Counted from the first letter of the stretch, positions 36,997-49,920 are shown. The stretch: 64,000 nt of DNA from Azolla caroliniana (GCA_043228905.1 JBHGNT010000017.1:6448001-6512000); one strand, 5' to 3'. Notes: generated by a model from the sequence alone, not told the origin. Numbers and translations: made by a program.

Positions 36997-39387
36997 TTGG
37001 CACCGCTTGCTATATTCAAAATCGAGGATTTCATAGATCCTTGGGGCTCCAAACCCCTTATGAACTATGGCATGGTCACAGACCTAACTTACGTAACCTT
37101 CATATTTTTGGTTGTGATGCTTATGCTTTTGTGCCAAATGTTCAAAGAAATAAGCTAGATTCAAGGTCTACAAAATCAATTTTTATCAGATATGGAGAAG
37201 CTTCGGGATACAAGGCAGACAAGCTCTACGATCCACAAAAACGAAGAATATTCTTTAGTCGTAATGTGATATTCCAAGAAAATGGGCCTTCTACAAAGGT
37301 TTCTTCTTCACTCTCTTCTTATCTACCTCCCTTATTACCTACCCCTACCCACTTACAACCATCTTCCTCAACCATCTCTAATATTAATAGCTCTCACATT
37401 GGAGGAGCCAACATTAGCTCATCCTCTACTTCCACTATTTGTGTTGCTCTTCCATCTATTCACAAGGCAAAGATCAATCCTACTCAACCAACTAATTCTT
37501 CTTCTCATCTTCCCTCATTCCAAGCTCTAGATGATTCTCTTCCTCATACTCCTTTAAATACACATTGTTTAACTCCCTCAAATAATACAAATAATGTTAT
37601 CTTCTCCACTCCCTCTCCTAATCCTTCATTCCAAGTGTCATCACCAACTTCTCCACCAAACTCTCCACACCTCCAAAGTATAGATCTCTAAGTAGTATTT
37701 ATGAAAAACTTGATAAAATGGAAGCACATTTCGTGGACTTGGACCATGAAGCTTATATACAAGAAGAAGATATTCCAAACCTTAGTGATAACACAAATCT
37801 ATCGGCCAAAGATGCACTTTCCGGATCGGATTCTATCAAATGGAGAAAGGTTATGGAAGAAGAAATGAAGGCTTTACTTAAAAATGGTACGTGGACCCTC
37901 GTTGAGCCTCCAAAAGATCGACAAATAATTGGTTCTAAATGGGTCTTACGCATAAAGCAAGATAGTAATGGCAATCCAATTCGCTTCAAGGCTCATGTAG
38001 TTGCTCGAGGATTTTCTCAAGTACCAGGTATTGAGTTTCAAGATACATTTAGTCCAACGCTAAAAATATGTGGTTTTCGAATGCTCGTTGCTCTTGCCGC
38101 GCAACATGATCTAGAATTGCGTCACTTGGATGTAGAAACGACTTTTCTTCATGGAGATTTAGATGAAGAACTTTATCTACAACAACCACAATTTTTTGAA
38201 GATCCAAGTCATCCGACACATGTTTGTCGACTTCGTAAATCTATTTACGGTCTTAAGCAATCTCCACGCATATGGTATCACAAACTACACTCTTTTCTTA
38301 TAAAAGTTGGATATCATCGTCTAAACAATGAGCCAAATATCTATGTTAGAAAAGCCAAATCCAATTTTGTTATCATAGGTGTCTATGTTGATGATTTTCC
38401 CTTGATCTCTCTAACTCTAAATCTTATCTAACTATTGCAAAGAAGGAACTTGCATATGTCTTTCCTATTACCGATTTAGGCCCTATGACCCATTTTCTAG
38501 GCATCAAAGTAACTCAAAACAGAACAAATCATACTATCTCATTATCACAATCAAATTATATTAATTCTATCCTCCAAAGATTTGATATGCTCCATAGTAA
38601 GCCTATTAGTACTCCTCTTACCTCTCCATGTAAACTTTCAAATGATGATTCCCCAAACAATGAACGAGAAATTTCCGAAATGAAGGATGTACCCTATAAA
38701 CAAATCCTTGGGTGTATAAGATATCTAGTAAGTTGCACACGGCCCAATATTTGCTTTGCCGCCAGTTTTCTTTCTCGTTTCATGGCTAATCCAGGACCAA
38801 AGCATTGGATCGCGCTCAAAAGATTACTACGCTACTTGAAGCATACTCAACATTATGCGTTGACTTACTCCGCCACACAATCTGAGTCAACCACACTTGT
38901 GCAAGGATGGACAAATCCCTCTAGCCAACTAATTGGTTGGTCAGACTCGGATTGGGGGGGAGATGTGGACGATCGCAAGTCAACATGCGGATATGTTTAC
39001 ACACTAGCCGACGCTGCAATTTCGTGGAAGTCGAAGAAACAAACTACCGTAGCATTGTCATCCACCGAAGCTGAATATGTTGCCACGACTTTAGCGGCTA
39101 AAGAAGGCATATGGATTAAAGCTATGCTCGAAGAATTTAAACTATTTACTATTCCAACAGTGACATTGTTTTGCGATAATCAATCTTGCATCAAGTTAGC
39201 CGACAATCCGAAGATGAGCAACAATATACGTCATGTGGACTTAAAACATCATTTTCTTCGCGATCTCATTGAAACAAAGAAGATAGAGTTAAAGTTTGCT
39301 CCCACTCATCAAATGTGGGTTGATTTTCTAACGAAACCTCTTCAACATTGTAAGCACATTATATTTGTTGCAAGCAAGTTGGATTAA
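36997..39387 (+). pseudogene. Copia D integrase end, RT and RNase H
   Basis: Joining 17236 to 36997 restores WEEAVGTACYIQNR; then HLDVETTFLHG, YVDD, WSDSDW, EAEY, FCDNQ. Confidence 0.92.
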
Positions 39388-39488
39388 TTGATATAATCGA
39401 AGATAAAGATGAAAACCTACACTTCTAAAATTTTCGTTTAGGGCGGAGTGTGGAAAATATTAAGCAAAAAAATTATTACATTAATACA

Positions 39489-40135
39489 TAGATTGACACA
39501 TGCTTCATATTCATGATATTCTCCATGTGCAATATTCTCAATATTCGAGAATATGAAATGACCCCAAGAATATTAAAAAGCCATTCGTTTTGCAAAATAA
39601 ATATAAAATATTTATTTATCTATTTAAATAAATTTATTTCACCAAAAAAAGAACAATTATTAATTAATAAATTATAGTGTCAAGAGAGTTTATAAAACTT
39701 ATTTTAATTAATTAATTTTTAAAAATCGAATATTTTTATATTTATTATACAAATATGATTAGTATGAACTTTGAAGATATGATTAGTTTGAAGTACTATT
39801 TTTAATGTCAAAATAAAAATATCCATAAATTTTGGGGAAATAAAAAGTGAGAAATTAATGAGTCTTTATTTTATTTTATTTATTTATTAAAAATAAAATG
39901 AATACTTATAACTTATAAATTATATATTTATTATAAAAATATAGTAGTGTCAAATCCCCAAGTCCCTCTTTTATTATCCCTATTTATTGTCAAGTTCCTT
40001 TTTTTTTATCTTAGGAAATTAAAAAAGACAGAGTTTTTTTTTTTTTTGACTTAAACAAATACTTCACCATCCATTCGTATTCGTATTTGTTTGCATTCAA
40101 ATGGGAAACCCAACGAATGCGAATATGTCAATCTA
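39489..40135. mobile_element. AT-rich putative non-autonomous DNA transposon (10-bp TIR TAGATTGACA)
   Basis: TAGATTGACA at 39489-39498 and TGTCAATCTA at 40126-40135; begins where the Copia D 3' LTR stops matching; 40101-40132 recurs at 13731-13762 (31/32 identical). No clear TSD. Confidence 0.5.
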
Positions 40136-40283
40136 TCTAGATGCATAAACGTATAGACCGATGCATAACATGGAGATCATAGATTTATGGTCAAATTTGA
40201 TGAGGGTGATTTCTTAAAATGGTACAAGGTCATGCATACTATGCTTGTGTGCAATCTATGAGACTTTATTTCACATTGACCCT

Positions 40284-40673
40284 TGTAAAGAATCGGATAT
40301 GATTCTTGTGAAGCGGAATAGGTGTGAACTGTCTGTGTATGAGAGAGAGAGTGTGTGAGAGAGAGAGAAGGAGTAATACATAGAGAATACTCAAGGTAAA
40401 AGTATATTAACAAAGGAGAAAGACTCAACACATACAAGGTGGGAGGAGGGTGCTTTATATAGTCACCCTCCCTCTCTTCATTAACTACAAGACTCATGGA
40501 GCATGGGGAATGTGAAAGCTCATAAGTTATGTGTCATAGAATATGATTCTATGACTCGTACTAAATGCTAGAATACAAAGTGGCGACTTAATGGTGACTC
40601 TTGACCGTTGGAGTGTTTATTCACTCTCAAGGTGAGTTCACACACTAGACCAAGTTGAGCTTGATTCTCAACA
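40284..40673 (-). repeat. 3' LTR of Copia F
   Basis: Direct repeat of 45330-45717 with a handful of substitutions and microsatellite indels. Confidence 0.95.
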
Positions 40674-40854
40674 CGCCCCCTCAAGCTCAAGTCGGGTCGG
40701 TTTCAGACGGTATCCAAAAATACGCTTCGACTCACGTTCCGGAGTCCTGCGTCGACTCGCATCAATTCGCATTTATGCGGAGTTGCAGATTCCGTGCTCC
40801 AGCTTGCGTTGTGCGTCGTTACGAAGTCTGTGCTTCGGTTGCGGAATGCAGGCG

Positions 40855-43800
40855 TTATTGCGTAGTGTCTTCAGTACTCCCCCTCAAGCTTGGCAGGTCA
40901 GGGATCGTCAATCCGAGATCGGTCATGCATTGCCATAGCTTGTCGGCTCCTAAGGCTTTAGTGAAGATGTCGATTGTTTGAAGATTGGAGCTAATGTGTT
41001 GTAGGTCGTCATCACCAGCTAGAACGCGCTCTCGAATGAAGTGATAGTGCACTTCGATGTGCTTTGTCCGCGCGTGGAACACCGGGTTCCGAGCCAGATA
41101 GATACTACTCATGTTGTCACAGTAAAGGGAGGTCAGATCCTTGATGGGTATGCCCAGATCCTTCAAAATCCACTTGAGCGATACGGCTTCACACACAACT
41201 ACGGCTACACCCGTATATTCCGCCTTTGTGCTCGAAAGAGCGACAATCGGTTGCTTTTTGCTACTCCAGGATATTGCTCCACTGCCAAGGAAGAAAACAA
41301 ATCCGGAGGTTGATCTTCTATCGACTTTGTAGCAGGCCCAATCGGCGTTTGTGTACCCCTCGAGTCGTATTGGCATCGTGGTCTTGTAGAGGATGCCGCA
41401 ATCCATTGTGCCACTCACGTATCGTAGAACTCGCTTAACGCAATCCAAGTGAGTATCACGCGATGTTTGCATGAATTGGCTATGGAGACCGACCGGATAA
41501 CTGAGATCGGGTCGTGTGATCGTGAGGTAGATGAGACTCCCAATGATTTGCCGATACTAAGTCGGCTCACACGCTTTGGTGCCGGAGTTCGCATCTAGTT
41601 TGAGATTGCGATCGAGCGGGGTTGCCGCGGATTTGCACTTAGCCATACCGAACTTGTATAACAAGTTGAGGATGTAGTGCCGTTGAGAAATCATGATTCC
41701 GGCCGGAGTCCGAATTACCTCGATGCCGAGGAAGTAGTGGAGTTCCTTCATGTCCGTCATCTCGAACTTGTCGGAAAGGAGGGATTTGACCTTATTGATT
41801 TCGACGAGATGGTCACCTCCAATGACTAGGTCATCCACATATAAGATGATGACGATCGGACTTGCGGAATTGCTTCGTATGTAGAGGGAGTTGTCCGATT
41901 TTGACATACGGAAGCCGATTTGATGAAGATACTATGTTATCTTCGAATGCCAAGCTCGCGGTACTTGCTTGAGGCCGTAGAGTGGCTTCTTGAGTCGGCA
42001 TACAGCTTTCGGATGGGTGCTCGAGTTGAAGCCGGGTGGTTGTATCATGTACACCTCCTCTTCTAATTCGCCTTGTAGAAAGGCGTTCTTGACGTCCATT
42101 TGATGGAGGTGCCACCCTTTTGCCGCGGCAAGCGCAATTATAGTCCGCACCATCGTCATCTTTGCCATCACGGCAAAGGTCTCTTCGTAGTTGATGCCAT
42201 GCATCTTAGCATATCCTTTTGCTACAAGTTGAGCTTTGTAGCGGTTTACGGAGCCATCGACGTTATACTTCACCTTGTAGATTGATCTACATCCGATCGC
42301 CTTTTTGTGTGGTGAGGTGGGAACGAGATCCCACATCTCGTTCTTGCATAGTGCTTGCATCTCCTCGTTCATGGCTTCGATCCATCGCGGATCCTTGGCT
42401 GCTTCGGAAAATGTTTCCGGCTCGCGTATTGTCGCCACCTTCTTCATAAAAGCATAGTGATATGCCATGTAGTCGTTGTAGCCGAATCGGCTGACCAGAT
42501 TCTTTTCACGGGTGAAGCGACGGAGCTTTTCATTTGCAGAGATGAGGGCTTTCTTAGCTCTGATTGGTACCTCGAAACCGCCGAACTCATTGTCGAGTGA
42601 GTGATTCGACTCATCGTCGTTGAAGTGATCGTCTTCGTATTCTGACATTTTCACCTTGCCTTTGTCCATCTTCGGGCTAGGTCGTGATGTGCTTTGATCG
42701 CTCAAAGGCTCTTGTGGTCCGCTCAATCGGGTCGTGATTGGACTTTCTTCGAATATGCGCATCAGGCGATCTTCATCCTCGATCTCTTGTTCGGCGAATT
42801 CCGGGTCGAGCGGAGTTGGAGTTGTCTCTGGTGCGTACCAGGATGCGGACTCGTCAGAAACAACGTCTCGACTTACTCGAGATTTTCGAGTTGAAGGGTT
42901 GTAGCACTTGTACCCCTTTTGCTCCAATGAGTATCCTACAAGGATACATTTCTCCGACTTCAGTTCAAGCTTTTGACGCTTCTCGTCGGGGATGTGCACG
43001 TATGCTATTGCTCCAAATATGTGGATGTGCGATAAGTCCGGCTTCTTTCCGAAGTATTTTTCGTGCGGAGTGACCTCGTGCACGCCGGATGTTGTGCACC
43101 GGTTCATTAGGTAGACGGCCGTATGTGCAGCTTCGGCCCAATATGACTTGGGCATATGCTTCTCGTTCATCATGACCCGCGCTACTTCGAGGATGTGCTG
43201 ATTTTTGCGCTCGGCTACTCCGTTTTGTTGCGGAGTGTGTCGCAAGTGAATTCTCGCTGAATTCCTTCCTTTCGGAGATACGCCGCGAAGTCGTCCGAGA
43301 AGTACTCCTTGTCGTCGTTCAATCTAAGACAACGTACATGTCGGCCCGTGGCTTTCTCGACTTCATTCTTGAATGTTTGGAAGTGTCCTGACACTTCGCT
43401 CTTTTGCCACATCGGGTAGATCCAAGTGTGCCTAGAGAAGTTGTCGATGAAGAGCACATAATATCGACATCCGCCGAATGTAGCCGTCTGCACCGGTCCC
43501 CATACGTCGGAATGGACTACGTCGAGTAGACCTTTGCTCATGTTCCGCTCTTTCGGGAATGGGTGTCGGTGTTGCTTGCCGAATTGGCACGCTTCGCATA
43601 CACCTTCAATCTCCTTCTCTTTGAATGTCGGGAGTCCGATGATGACTCCTTTTGATTTCATTGCTTTTGGTTTGTTGAGATTGATGTGGCCGATTCGCTT
43701 ATGCCATAGCTCTATGTCGGAGTCAGCTTTCGTGCTTTTAGCGAACATGGCGGATTTCATCTCGTGTGAATCGAGAATGAACATCCGGCCCTCTCTTCTT

Positions 43801-45171
43801 CCGTGTGCGATGATTCGGCCTTCTTTTTCGATGAAGCACCCTTCTTGGTCGAATTATACTTGCATCCCTTGCTCAACCATTTGGCCGACCGAGACCAAAT
43901 TCTTCGTGATGGTGGGAACATGTAAGACTTTTTTAATGTATGTTTGCTTACCTCTTTCGTCGAACAGAACATTGCCAATGTGTCGAATCGGGTGCGTAGT
44001 GTCATCTCCGGTTTCGACATAACCGGGTCACTCCGGCTCTCGAAGTTCGAGAAACCATTCTTTATGGGATGTCATATGGTTTAAGGCTCCGGAGTCAACA
44101 AACCATACGTCCTCCGGATTGAGGGCACTAGTTGAGGTAGAGGCCGACATAGAGTTTGCTCTATGTTTCATCATGAACATATCGCCACGGTCGGAGTTAC
44201 ATGCATACATTCCACCACGATCTTCGTAGTCGGAGTTGTTCCCGTACATTCCGCTATACTCTTCGTCGTCGGAATTGTGCGCATAATTCGTGAGTTGTCG
44301 GCTTGTGGAAGCCGATTCACGCATCTTCTTTCGGCACTCTTCTTCATAATGGCCGAGCTTTCCGCAATATCTGCATTCGATTGCATTTTGACAGCTCCGG
44401 CCGGAGTGGAAACTCCCCCTTCTTGCGAAGGTTCCTCATTGGCTTCTATTTTGCGGCCAAAATTGGGAGTTGTTGTCGTAGGTCGGACCTCGTCTGCCTT
44501 ATCCTTGGCCGAATCGGCCTCTCGATCGTCCGCGTCCTCTTCCTCCGTTTGAGTGCATGTAGAGCATGTGGCCTTCTAACTCATTGCTCCTTGTACGCAC
44601 GTGGTTTTCTTCGACCAATAGCATTGATTGGAGCTCAAAGAAGGAGGGAGATTTCTCTCGTGCTAGAACGGCGGTTCACATCGCGCCGAACCGTGGTGCG
44701 AGGTCGCCGAGGCATATTTGAACCATCTCATCATCATCGATATTTATGCTTATTGATCCGAGTGAATCGCAAAGCTCCTTGATCTTCGAGGTGTATGTCG
44801 TAATGGACATGTCGCTTTGTTGAATGTTGTTCAACTCTTGGCGGAGTTGAAGCCTTCTTGCGGTTGTGTTCGCCATGAAAATCTTTCGTAGATTTTCCCA
44901 TGCCTCCTTCGGCATCTTGGCTTCGCGAATGTAGTTGAGCATGTGATCGTGAACACATGTTGCCAAGCAATACATCACGTGGCTTGTGGCTTGCTCCCAT
45001 GTCGCGTATCCGTGAGCCGCTTCGGCGGGTCGTTCTTCATGCCCTCCTTTCATGTAGCTCCAATAGCCTTGTCCGACACGGTATTGGTGCATCTTGTACT
45101 CCCAAGATGCGAAGTTGTTTCAATCCAACTTCTCGGTAGAGAGAGCGCTCCCCATTTGAGTATTCATTATG
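40855..45171 (-). pseudogene. Copia F gag-pol with stops and frameshifts
   Basis: ORF fragments with [41 protein letters not shown]. Confidence 0.92.
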
Positions 45172-45329
45172 TCGATTCTTCTTCTTCTTCTTCTTCTCTC
45201 TTCGAATGTGATCTATGTAGCGAAGCTACGATAGCGATGAGCTAGTTCTTGGTTGTCGGCGTAGAGCACAACACACGATCACGATGAGGCAAATGGGCTA
45301 GATCGAGCTACCAAATCGCTCTGATACCA

Positions 45330-45717
45330 TGTAAAGAATCGAATATGATTCTTGTGAAGCGGAATAGGTGTGAACTGTGTGTATGAGAGAGAGAGAGAGT
45401 GAGAGAGAGAGACAAGGAGTAATACACAGAGAATACTCAAGGTAAAAGTATATTAACAAAGGAGAAAGACTCAACACATACAAGGTGGGAGGAGGGTGCT
45501 TTATATAGTCACCCTCTCTCTTCATTAACTACAAGACTCATGGAGCATGGGGAATGTGAAAGTTCATAAGTTATGTGTCATAGAATATGATTCTATGACT
45601 CGTACTAAATGCTAGAATACAAAGTGGTGACTTCATGATGACTCTTGACTGTTGGAGTGTTTATTCACTCTCAAGGTGAGTTCACACACTAGACCAAGTT
45701 GAGCTTGATTCTCAACA
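45330..45717 (-). repeat. 5' LTR of Copia F
   Basis: Abuts the PBS; direct repeat of 40284-40673. Confidence 0.95.
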
Positions 45718-45952
45718 ACCCTGCTTGAATAGACATGAATGTCATGTTCACTTTGACTTCCAAGCTTAATATAGGCATGCTTTTATCCAGATGTACAGTA
45801 TTCACATTTATTGCATAAACAAATTTCCATCATAGCAACTATTATGTTTGTTGCAAATGCAAGAATTTATTTATATATATACATTATCGAATGGATGAAT
45901 TCATTTAAGCATGTGTATTATCTACCAATCATGGTATAATTATGATGTGTAG

Positions 45953-46211
45953 GTGTATTCACAACCAACATTTGAGGTATTAGAAGGAAAAGCTTATGGT
46001 GCTACAATGGGGATGTTCGCCTTCAGAAATTTTATACCAAGGTTGCCTTTGAGGGGCTTCTATGTTACACTCGCGACACTCATAGATGCCATGCTTCCTT
46101 TCTTTGCAGAGATCAGTGCCCTCATTGGGGCCTTTGGTTTTACACCTTTAGATTTTATCTTTCCCATGCTTTTCTACAACATGGTATTCAAGCCATCTCA
46201 GAGATCCTTCA
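45953..46211 (+). pseudogene. GABA transporter (GAT/AAAP family) terminal exon, copy 1, truncated
   Basis: After intron acceptor GTGTAG: VYSQPTFEVLE..RNFIPRL..AMLPFF..IGAFGFTPLDFIFPMLFYNMVFKPS, typical of plant GAT C-termini; homology to copy 2 stops at ~46211. Confidence 0.85.
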
Positions 46212-46649
46212 CTTGTCATGCGTGTAAATGTATCACATGCAAATATGCTAAGAAATCAAATTCTTTTTTTGACATTTCCTTTACATAAATGAAAGACATT
46301 GGCAAAGCTTGTCACTTTTTGTGTGATGCTTACTTGATTTATAATAAAAGACATTATGATGAAACTTATCACTTCTTTTTTCTTCAAAGATTTTCTTCGG
46401 TAGTATTACGGAAAAACATTGGAAGGCTACAACTTGAGCTTGTCTACCAGAAGCTTACAATTTTTTATTTTTTCAAAAAAAAATATACTTCCATTAGTTT
46501 TTAAAAAGGCATATTAGCCTCATCAAGAAGCATATTCCTTTGTAAACTTTACATAATTGGGTATGTGCATCTAAAATAAAGTCCTTAGTTAGGTCCACAC
46601 TTGAAAACAACTTCTTATAGCAAGCATCATATGCATGTGATTCCATACC

Positions 46650-46848
46650 TATTACGAGCATGACCATATCCCGTGGTAAGTTTTACCGTAGTACTTTATC
46701 CACACACTTGGCCTAATGGGTTGTCCCAATCCCAAGGATTAAAAGTAATCCTTTCCGTCTTTACACTCTCGTTTAACCCTCACACTTTATCCACGTGTAT
46801 AGAATACTATGATAAAACTTACCACGGAATATGGTCATGCCCGTAACA
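46650..46848. mobile_element. 199-bp miniature element with ~44-bp TIRs, T(G>A)TTACG..CGTAACA ends and 5-bp TSD ATACC
   Basis: Left TATTACGAGCATGACCATATCCCGTGGTAAGTTTTACCGTAGTA vs reverse complement of right end: 5 mismatches in 44; ATACC at 46645-46649 and 46849-46853. Confidence 0.85.
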
Positions 46849-46854
46849 ATACCT

Positions 46855-47225
46855 CTAAAGAAAAAAAGTATTATGAGTAGTAGATCCACCATATTGTAAT
46901 GCCAATGCATCTCCCATATTTTGATACATATCCATCAAAGCATCTACTATACTATTGTATGGATCAACCTTGGGATTATCTATCAGGCTCAAGGAGAATA
47001 ATTGATGATATAAGGCACCCACGACATAAGCATATTAAGCAACATTTTTCCGATCGAAGCTGTCAATACAGTTTTTTCTCAAAACCCCCCTATGATATTT
47101 TGGTTCCTTTCTATCCTTACCATCATTTTGACCTTCCTTTTGTACAAATTCAATATGTTTAGTGCTCTTTGGTTCAACCTCTGTTAACTTTGAAAATTTC
47201 TTTTCCTTTAACCTATTCTCCACCT
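46855..47225 (-). pseudogene. SAC-domain phosphoinositide phosphatase (FIG4/SAC1-like) gene fragment
   Basis: Manual translation: GVLRKNCIDSFDRKNVA*YAY...ALMDMYQNMGDALALQYGGSTTHNT, a decayed form of the SAC catalytic region RTNCIDCLDRTNVAQ..GDALAxQYGGS. Confidence 0.85.
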
Positions 47226-47460
47226 TGTAATAAAACGTCGTCACGTGTTTCCGCGTGTGCATGTCGAACCATGGGGGTCTTGGACTAAGGATCCTGAGAG
47301 GGCCCACAAGCATACAGTGACTATCCGGCTCGGTTGCCGGAGATATTCTCAGAGCGCATGGATCCGTGCATGTCGCCGGATTCCGGAAGATGAGCACACG
47401 GGCTCAGAGACTGGAGTAAATACGGAACACAAACAGAAACTGAGATAAGAAGGCGGACAA

Positions 47461-47519
47461 CAGAGAGAGAGAGAGAGACAAAGACAGAGAGACAGAGAGA
47501 TAGAGAGAGACAGAGAGAC

Positions 47520-47552
<33 letters not shown>

Positions 47553-47556
47553 GAGA
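47461..47556. repeat. (AG)n/(AGAC)n compound microsatellite
   Basis: Read directly. Confidence 0.95.
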
Positions 47557-48635
47557 TGCCAACTATGTTCCAATTCCACCGAACAAAAGAAACACAATCC
47601 TTTAGTAATTTTTCTTCTTTTTAACGCATCCCCTAATGGTAAAGCTCCAACCATAACTCTCCAAATAAATACCCTTGCTCGTAGCATCAATCGAGAACAC
47701 CAACCTGCCTTGATCACATGAAACCACCAAGTAATGGGCTTATGAAAACCCCATATCTTTATAACCCTTTCTTCCAACCACTTATGTTTGTCAATCAACT
47801 TGTGATAAGCAACATTCGTTGAGATCATAGTCAATCTCTTATTTCCAACAAACCTCCAATCAAGCTCTTGAGATCGCCCATCTAAATCAGGAATTGGATC
47901 ATGCGAAGATAGTATTTGTTGCAACTTATCCCAAATAAAGTTATAACCTGTTGGAATACGAAATGTTGATCTTATTGTTCAAAAAGCCATTAATCTTCTT
48001 TGTGAAACCAACATAGCATCCTTAACTGTTACCAAACCCAATATAGCCATCCGATTATATTGAAGGTTAAGAATTTGTTTACCTTCCCACCTCAACAACC
48101 TTGATGTTGTGAAAACATCCATTTGTAATGAATTGGCACATCCCCCTTCTTGTGGGGGATGCCATTCCACAAAATCTCGATTTATTTCATGCCCGATGGC
48201 AAGGATGGTTTGGAGGTGTATTAGTTTAGTGTTGATGTCTCTAACAAGAGTAAGTCTATCTTCCTTCAGTTTGGGTTTTGCACATATGGAGAACAATGAA
48301 CCGATGCCTCATTTTCAAATTATTTTTGAGTTCTTGAGGTATTGGGGGCTATGGTTCAATTGGAATATGCGGAATGCCTTCATTTTTTATTCGCAAGTTG
48401 GGGTGAGAAAATATGTTCTAAAGTTGCAAAATCTCAACCAGGAATAGAAAGAACTCTACAAGGTCACATATCATCATACTCGCCATTTGAATTGGTGTGT
48501 AGGGTGGCATTGAGTTTGGTGTCGTAGTATTCTTTAGATCCCTTGATAGAAGGGTTCTATACTTTGTAGTAAGTTAGTCATGGTGGTGTTTTTTCTTTCG
48601 TAATGAAAGCCATTATTTACAAAAGAAAAAAAAAA
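47556..48635 (+). mobile_element. 5'-inverted, truncated L1-like LINE
   Basis: Minus-strand zf-RVT-like segment (VFIWRVMVGALPLG..CFFCSVELEH) joined at ~48250-48300 to a plus-strand ORF2 tail (LWFNWNMRNAFIF), 3' UTR and poly(A) at 48621-48635; AG-repeat sequence on both sides. Confidence 0.7.
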
Positions 48636-49344
48636 GAGACAGAGACCAATATCAAGAATGTATTATCAGCAAAGAAACTACAACCGGACTCGGCTGGCAA
48701 AAGAGGTTCGAGCTCTACACCCACACACCCTCACCGGATTGATGAGCCTCTGGTCGGGAGGGAGCACATGGGCTTCCTACGCAACAGAGGCCTCATCAAC
48801 ACCTAATGAATACACACAACAAAAAACCGAAAGTTGAAAACCTGCAAACCCTTGAAAACCGACAACACTTCCGCTTCCAAAACGATGGATCCCTCTAACG
48901 GTCTCTCTCCTCTCCTTTTATAGATCCAAGGAGACGAGGATCAGTGTTACATCAACCGTTTAAGGCAGTTGATTCTATCAGTGATTCTCCCTCGTTTTCC
49001 TCACTACACACGTTTCATTCCTCTCTTTTTGTGGGACATTAAAGTACCCATATAAATCATATTGCCTAGTACTTATTAGTCATGTGTTATTTACAATGTT
49101 TTATGTACATAAGGCTTTGTTCCTGTGCCTCCTTGTAGCCCTTTTTTCACACGCAACCGACGAGTTCTCCTTGTAGCCAAAATTCCTCATTCTTATGCAT
49201 TTGACGGCCTTTCTCCCCTTTACCGGAATCCTCCACGACAACGTGGTGGGCCACCTTGGTTAGCCCACAACTATCGTCTCCCATGTTGAAACTAACCATC
49301 TTCATCTCCACGACCATCAAGAAAATACTCTCTCCGATTATCAC

Positions 49345-49797
49345 CAAAAAAAATTACCTCTCCTTCTGGAAATATGCTTCAATCCCCAACGCCATCATCA
49401 CTCATCCTTATGAGAAACATAAAATCTGCTTCATTCAGTCCACATCAACCATCTCACCAACCATCTCACCAATTACCACCAAAATCATGTACTAACAACA
49501 AGAAATGAGTAAAAAACATTTCCTCACCTCTTCATGATAATATGCTTCAACCCCCACACCATCATCACTCATCCTGATAAAAAAACAGAAAATCAGCTTC
49601 CTCAAGTCCACATAAACCATCTCGCTATCGCTAATTATCACCAAAATCTTGTACCTACAAAAACAACATGAGTGTACTCTACCTCTCCTCATGAAAATTT
49701 GCATCAACCCCCACCAAAATCATCACTCATCCTTATCTAAACTAAAAAGTATGCTTCATTGTCTGCATCAACCATCTCAAAGATTACCGCCAAAATC
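49345..49797. repeat. Degenerate tandem repeat, ~3 x ~160 bp
   Basis: Recurring blocks ATCATCACTCATCCT, AACCATCTC and CCAAAATC, each three times. Confidence 0.75.
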
Positions 49798-49920
49798 GTC
49801 TCCATTCCTATATGCTGCAACCACCTCCTCCATCTTAACTCATGTTCTTAGCTATGTCCACTTAACATCAACACCTGCATCCAACATAATAGGAATAGAT
49901 TACCATACTAGTCTCGTTGA

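Larger units (their letters stand above)
14907..39490 (+). mobile_element. Ty1/Copia retrotransposon D, decayed, split by the Gypsy array; 3' LTR truncated
   Basis: 5' LTR 14907-15142, PBS TGGTATCAGAGCC 15143-15155, gag/PR/INT 15333-17236, INT end/RT/RH 36997-39387, PPT AGGGCGGAG 39440-39448, only ~40 bp of the 3' LTR (from 39449) match the 5' LTR. Confidence 0.93.
40284..45717 (-). mobile_element. Full-length decayed Ty1/Copia retrotransposon F (related to Copia A)
   Basis: LTRs 40284-40673 and 45330-45717, TSD ACCCT (40279-40283, 45718-45722), iMet PBS 45318-45329, PPT 40674-40682. Confidence 0.97.
47226..49300 (-). repeat. Probable LTR-like sequence (right end unresolved), interrupted by a LINE
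   Basis: Starts TGTAA where the SAC fragment breaks; minus-strand CTATAAAAGG at ~48914-48923; AG microsatellite inside. No second copy or TSD found. Confidence 0.35.
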
